A stretch of 53,425 bases of DNA from Escherichia phage vB_EcoS-640R1, in sequence record ON470612. One strand, 5' to 3'. This document shows positions 53,101 through 53,425 of this stretch, one piece after another (positions within the stretch are counted from its first letter, which is position 1; each line of letters begins with the position of its first letter). The notes beneath the pieces were generated by a model, which did not search any database, had not been told where the DNA came from, and saw nothing but the letters and a program-made list of their open reading frames with translations. The position numbers and the translations under genes are program-made.

Positions 53101-53425
53101 AAATGGCGATGATGGAGCGGTTCAACTACTAAGTGGCACTGTTAACGGTGCTACAGCGCAGGCGCTAACCATCAACAAAGATGAGGTTAACTCAACTGCC
53201 GATTTAGTAATTAGAAAACAAACAGGGACTGGCAATCGTTTTGCTTTACTTAATTCAGGTAATTCAGAACTACCAGTTAGTATCAGGGTGTGGGGTTCCA
53301 GTACTCGACAAAACGTTTTTGAGGTTGGAACGTCTGCTGCGTATCTGTTTTATGCGCAAAAAACAACAGACGGGCAAAACCTTACTGAACCGCCCCGGGT
53401 TTCCTGGAGAGTGTTTTATCTGTGA
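50102..53425 (+). CDS. stf: Side tail fibre protein (Stf-like), complete; stop codon is the last triplet of the window
   Basis: MAVKISGVLKDGTGKPVQNCTIQLKAKRNSTTVVV... matches the lambda Stf N-terminus; long Ala/Ser/Thr-rich repeat region (about 50480-51100); AT-richer divergent C-terminal domain. Confidence 0.85.
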   Translation: MAVKISGVLKDGTGKPVQNCTIQLKAKRNSTTVVVNTLASENPDEAGRYSMDVEYGQYSVILLVEGFPPSHAGTITVYEDSRPGTLNDFLGAMTEDDARPEALRRFELMVEEVARNASAVAQNTAAAKKSASDASTSAREAATRATDAAGSARAASTSAGQAASSAQSASSSAGTASTKATEASKSAAAAESSKSAAATSAGAAKTSEMNAAASQKSAATSASTATTKASEAATSARDASASKVAAKSSETSAASSAGSAASSATAAGNSAKAAKTSETNADNSAQAAADSQTASANSATAAKKSETNAKNSEAAAKVSETNAKASENKAKEYLDKVGGLVSPMTQYDWPVVTGNESFYIKIAKLSDPGSGNCHVTLMVTNAGNYGSPYGNIDFIEISARGLPSLLSADNVSRHLSIRRLGSIGLTDNNQMRYGLVKGDGFIEVWAFQRAFINGAKVAVLAQTARPELYIPDGFVKQTAAPSGYVESPVVRIYDQLNKPTKADLGLSNAMLTGAFGLGGSGISTNGKMSDVEILKALRDKGGHFWRGDKPTGSTATIYSHGSGIFSRCGDTWSAINIDYSTAKIKIYAGNDARLNNGTFSINELYGSANKPSKSDVGLGNVTNDAQVKKSGDVMSGDLDILKETPSIRLKSAKGTAHLWFMNNDGSERGVVWSPENNESLGEIHIRAKNTKGESSGDFIVRHDGRVEARNLKITYKISAATAEFANTSTSSDNTTVSIKGSQHTPLVLTSNNTIKNLSIGFKVDDVDQKYLGIAGDGDLYFGSYSDHTKNSKVITQAKLDSGVTVGGKTTFSDFATFNAGMAGSIEPETIDNKTIDLNDLIIANTVAGSVKYYQCKTVAGGAYITNKPDGVSGNFLLRVESTRKTTGSDYAIMQTLIGSDTKRIYVRFVVNGNWTEWSQVVVSGWNQDVTVRSLTSTTPSKLGGGRVDVLGSTSDYSSMNCAVRGVDSTGTNSAWSVGTSESTGKMLFLKNHRSSAQVLLNGDDGAVQLLSGTVNGATAQALTINKDEVNSTADLVIRKQTGTGNRFALLNSGNSELPVSIRVWGSSTRQNVFEVGTSAAYLFYAQKTTDGQNLTEPPRVSWRVFYL

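Overview
Two parts. (1) 1-12.9 kb: an E. coli-type chromosomal backbone, mfd (3' end cut by the window start), ycfT, lolC-lolD-lolE, nagK, cobB, ycfZ, ymfA, potD, potC. (2) 12.9-53.4 kb: a mosaic lambdoid prophage inserted at the 3' end of potB, running through the window end. Its order is int-xis-exonuclease-early-left small genes / cI-operator-cro(YdaS-like)-YdaT-like-replication gene with internal iterons / nin-like region with hok, Rem-like, DUF968, rusA, Q / pR'-tR', tRNA(CAU) and a decayed tRNA-Arg / a moron slot / phage-21-type lysis cassette (pinholin, SAR endolysin, Rz/Rz1) and bor / HK97-type packaging and head genes / lambda-type tail genes M, L, K, I, J, lom, stf. The most interesting region is 26.7-28.3 kb, the slot where Stx phages carry stxAB: it holds no toxin genes but two tandem copies of a ~200-nt terminator-capped structured-RNA-like element and an AT-rich island with an unrecognised 111-aa ORF on the opposite strand. 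Other points worth follow-up: an apparent -1 frameshift at a G4 run in the prohead protease gene, iteron clusters plus an AT-rich tract inside the replication gene, small acidic proteins in an AT-rich nin segment, an extra gene between holin and endolysin, and a 15-N gap near the expected cos/terS start. All calls come from reading the sequence and ORF track against remembered protein families; no database search was run.
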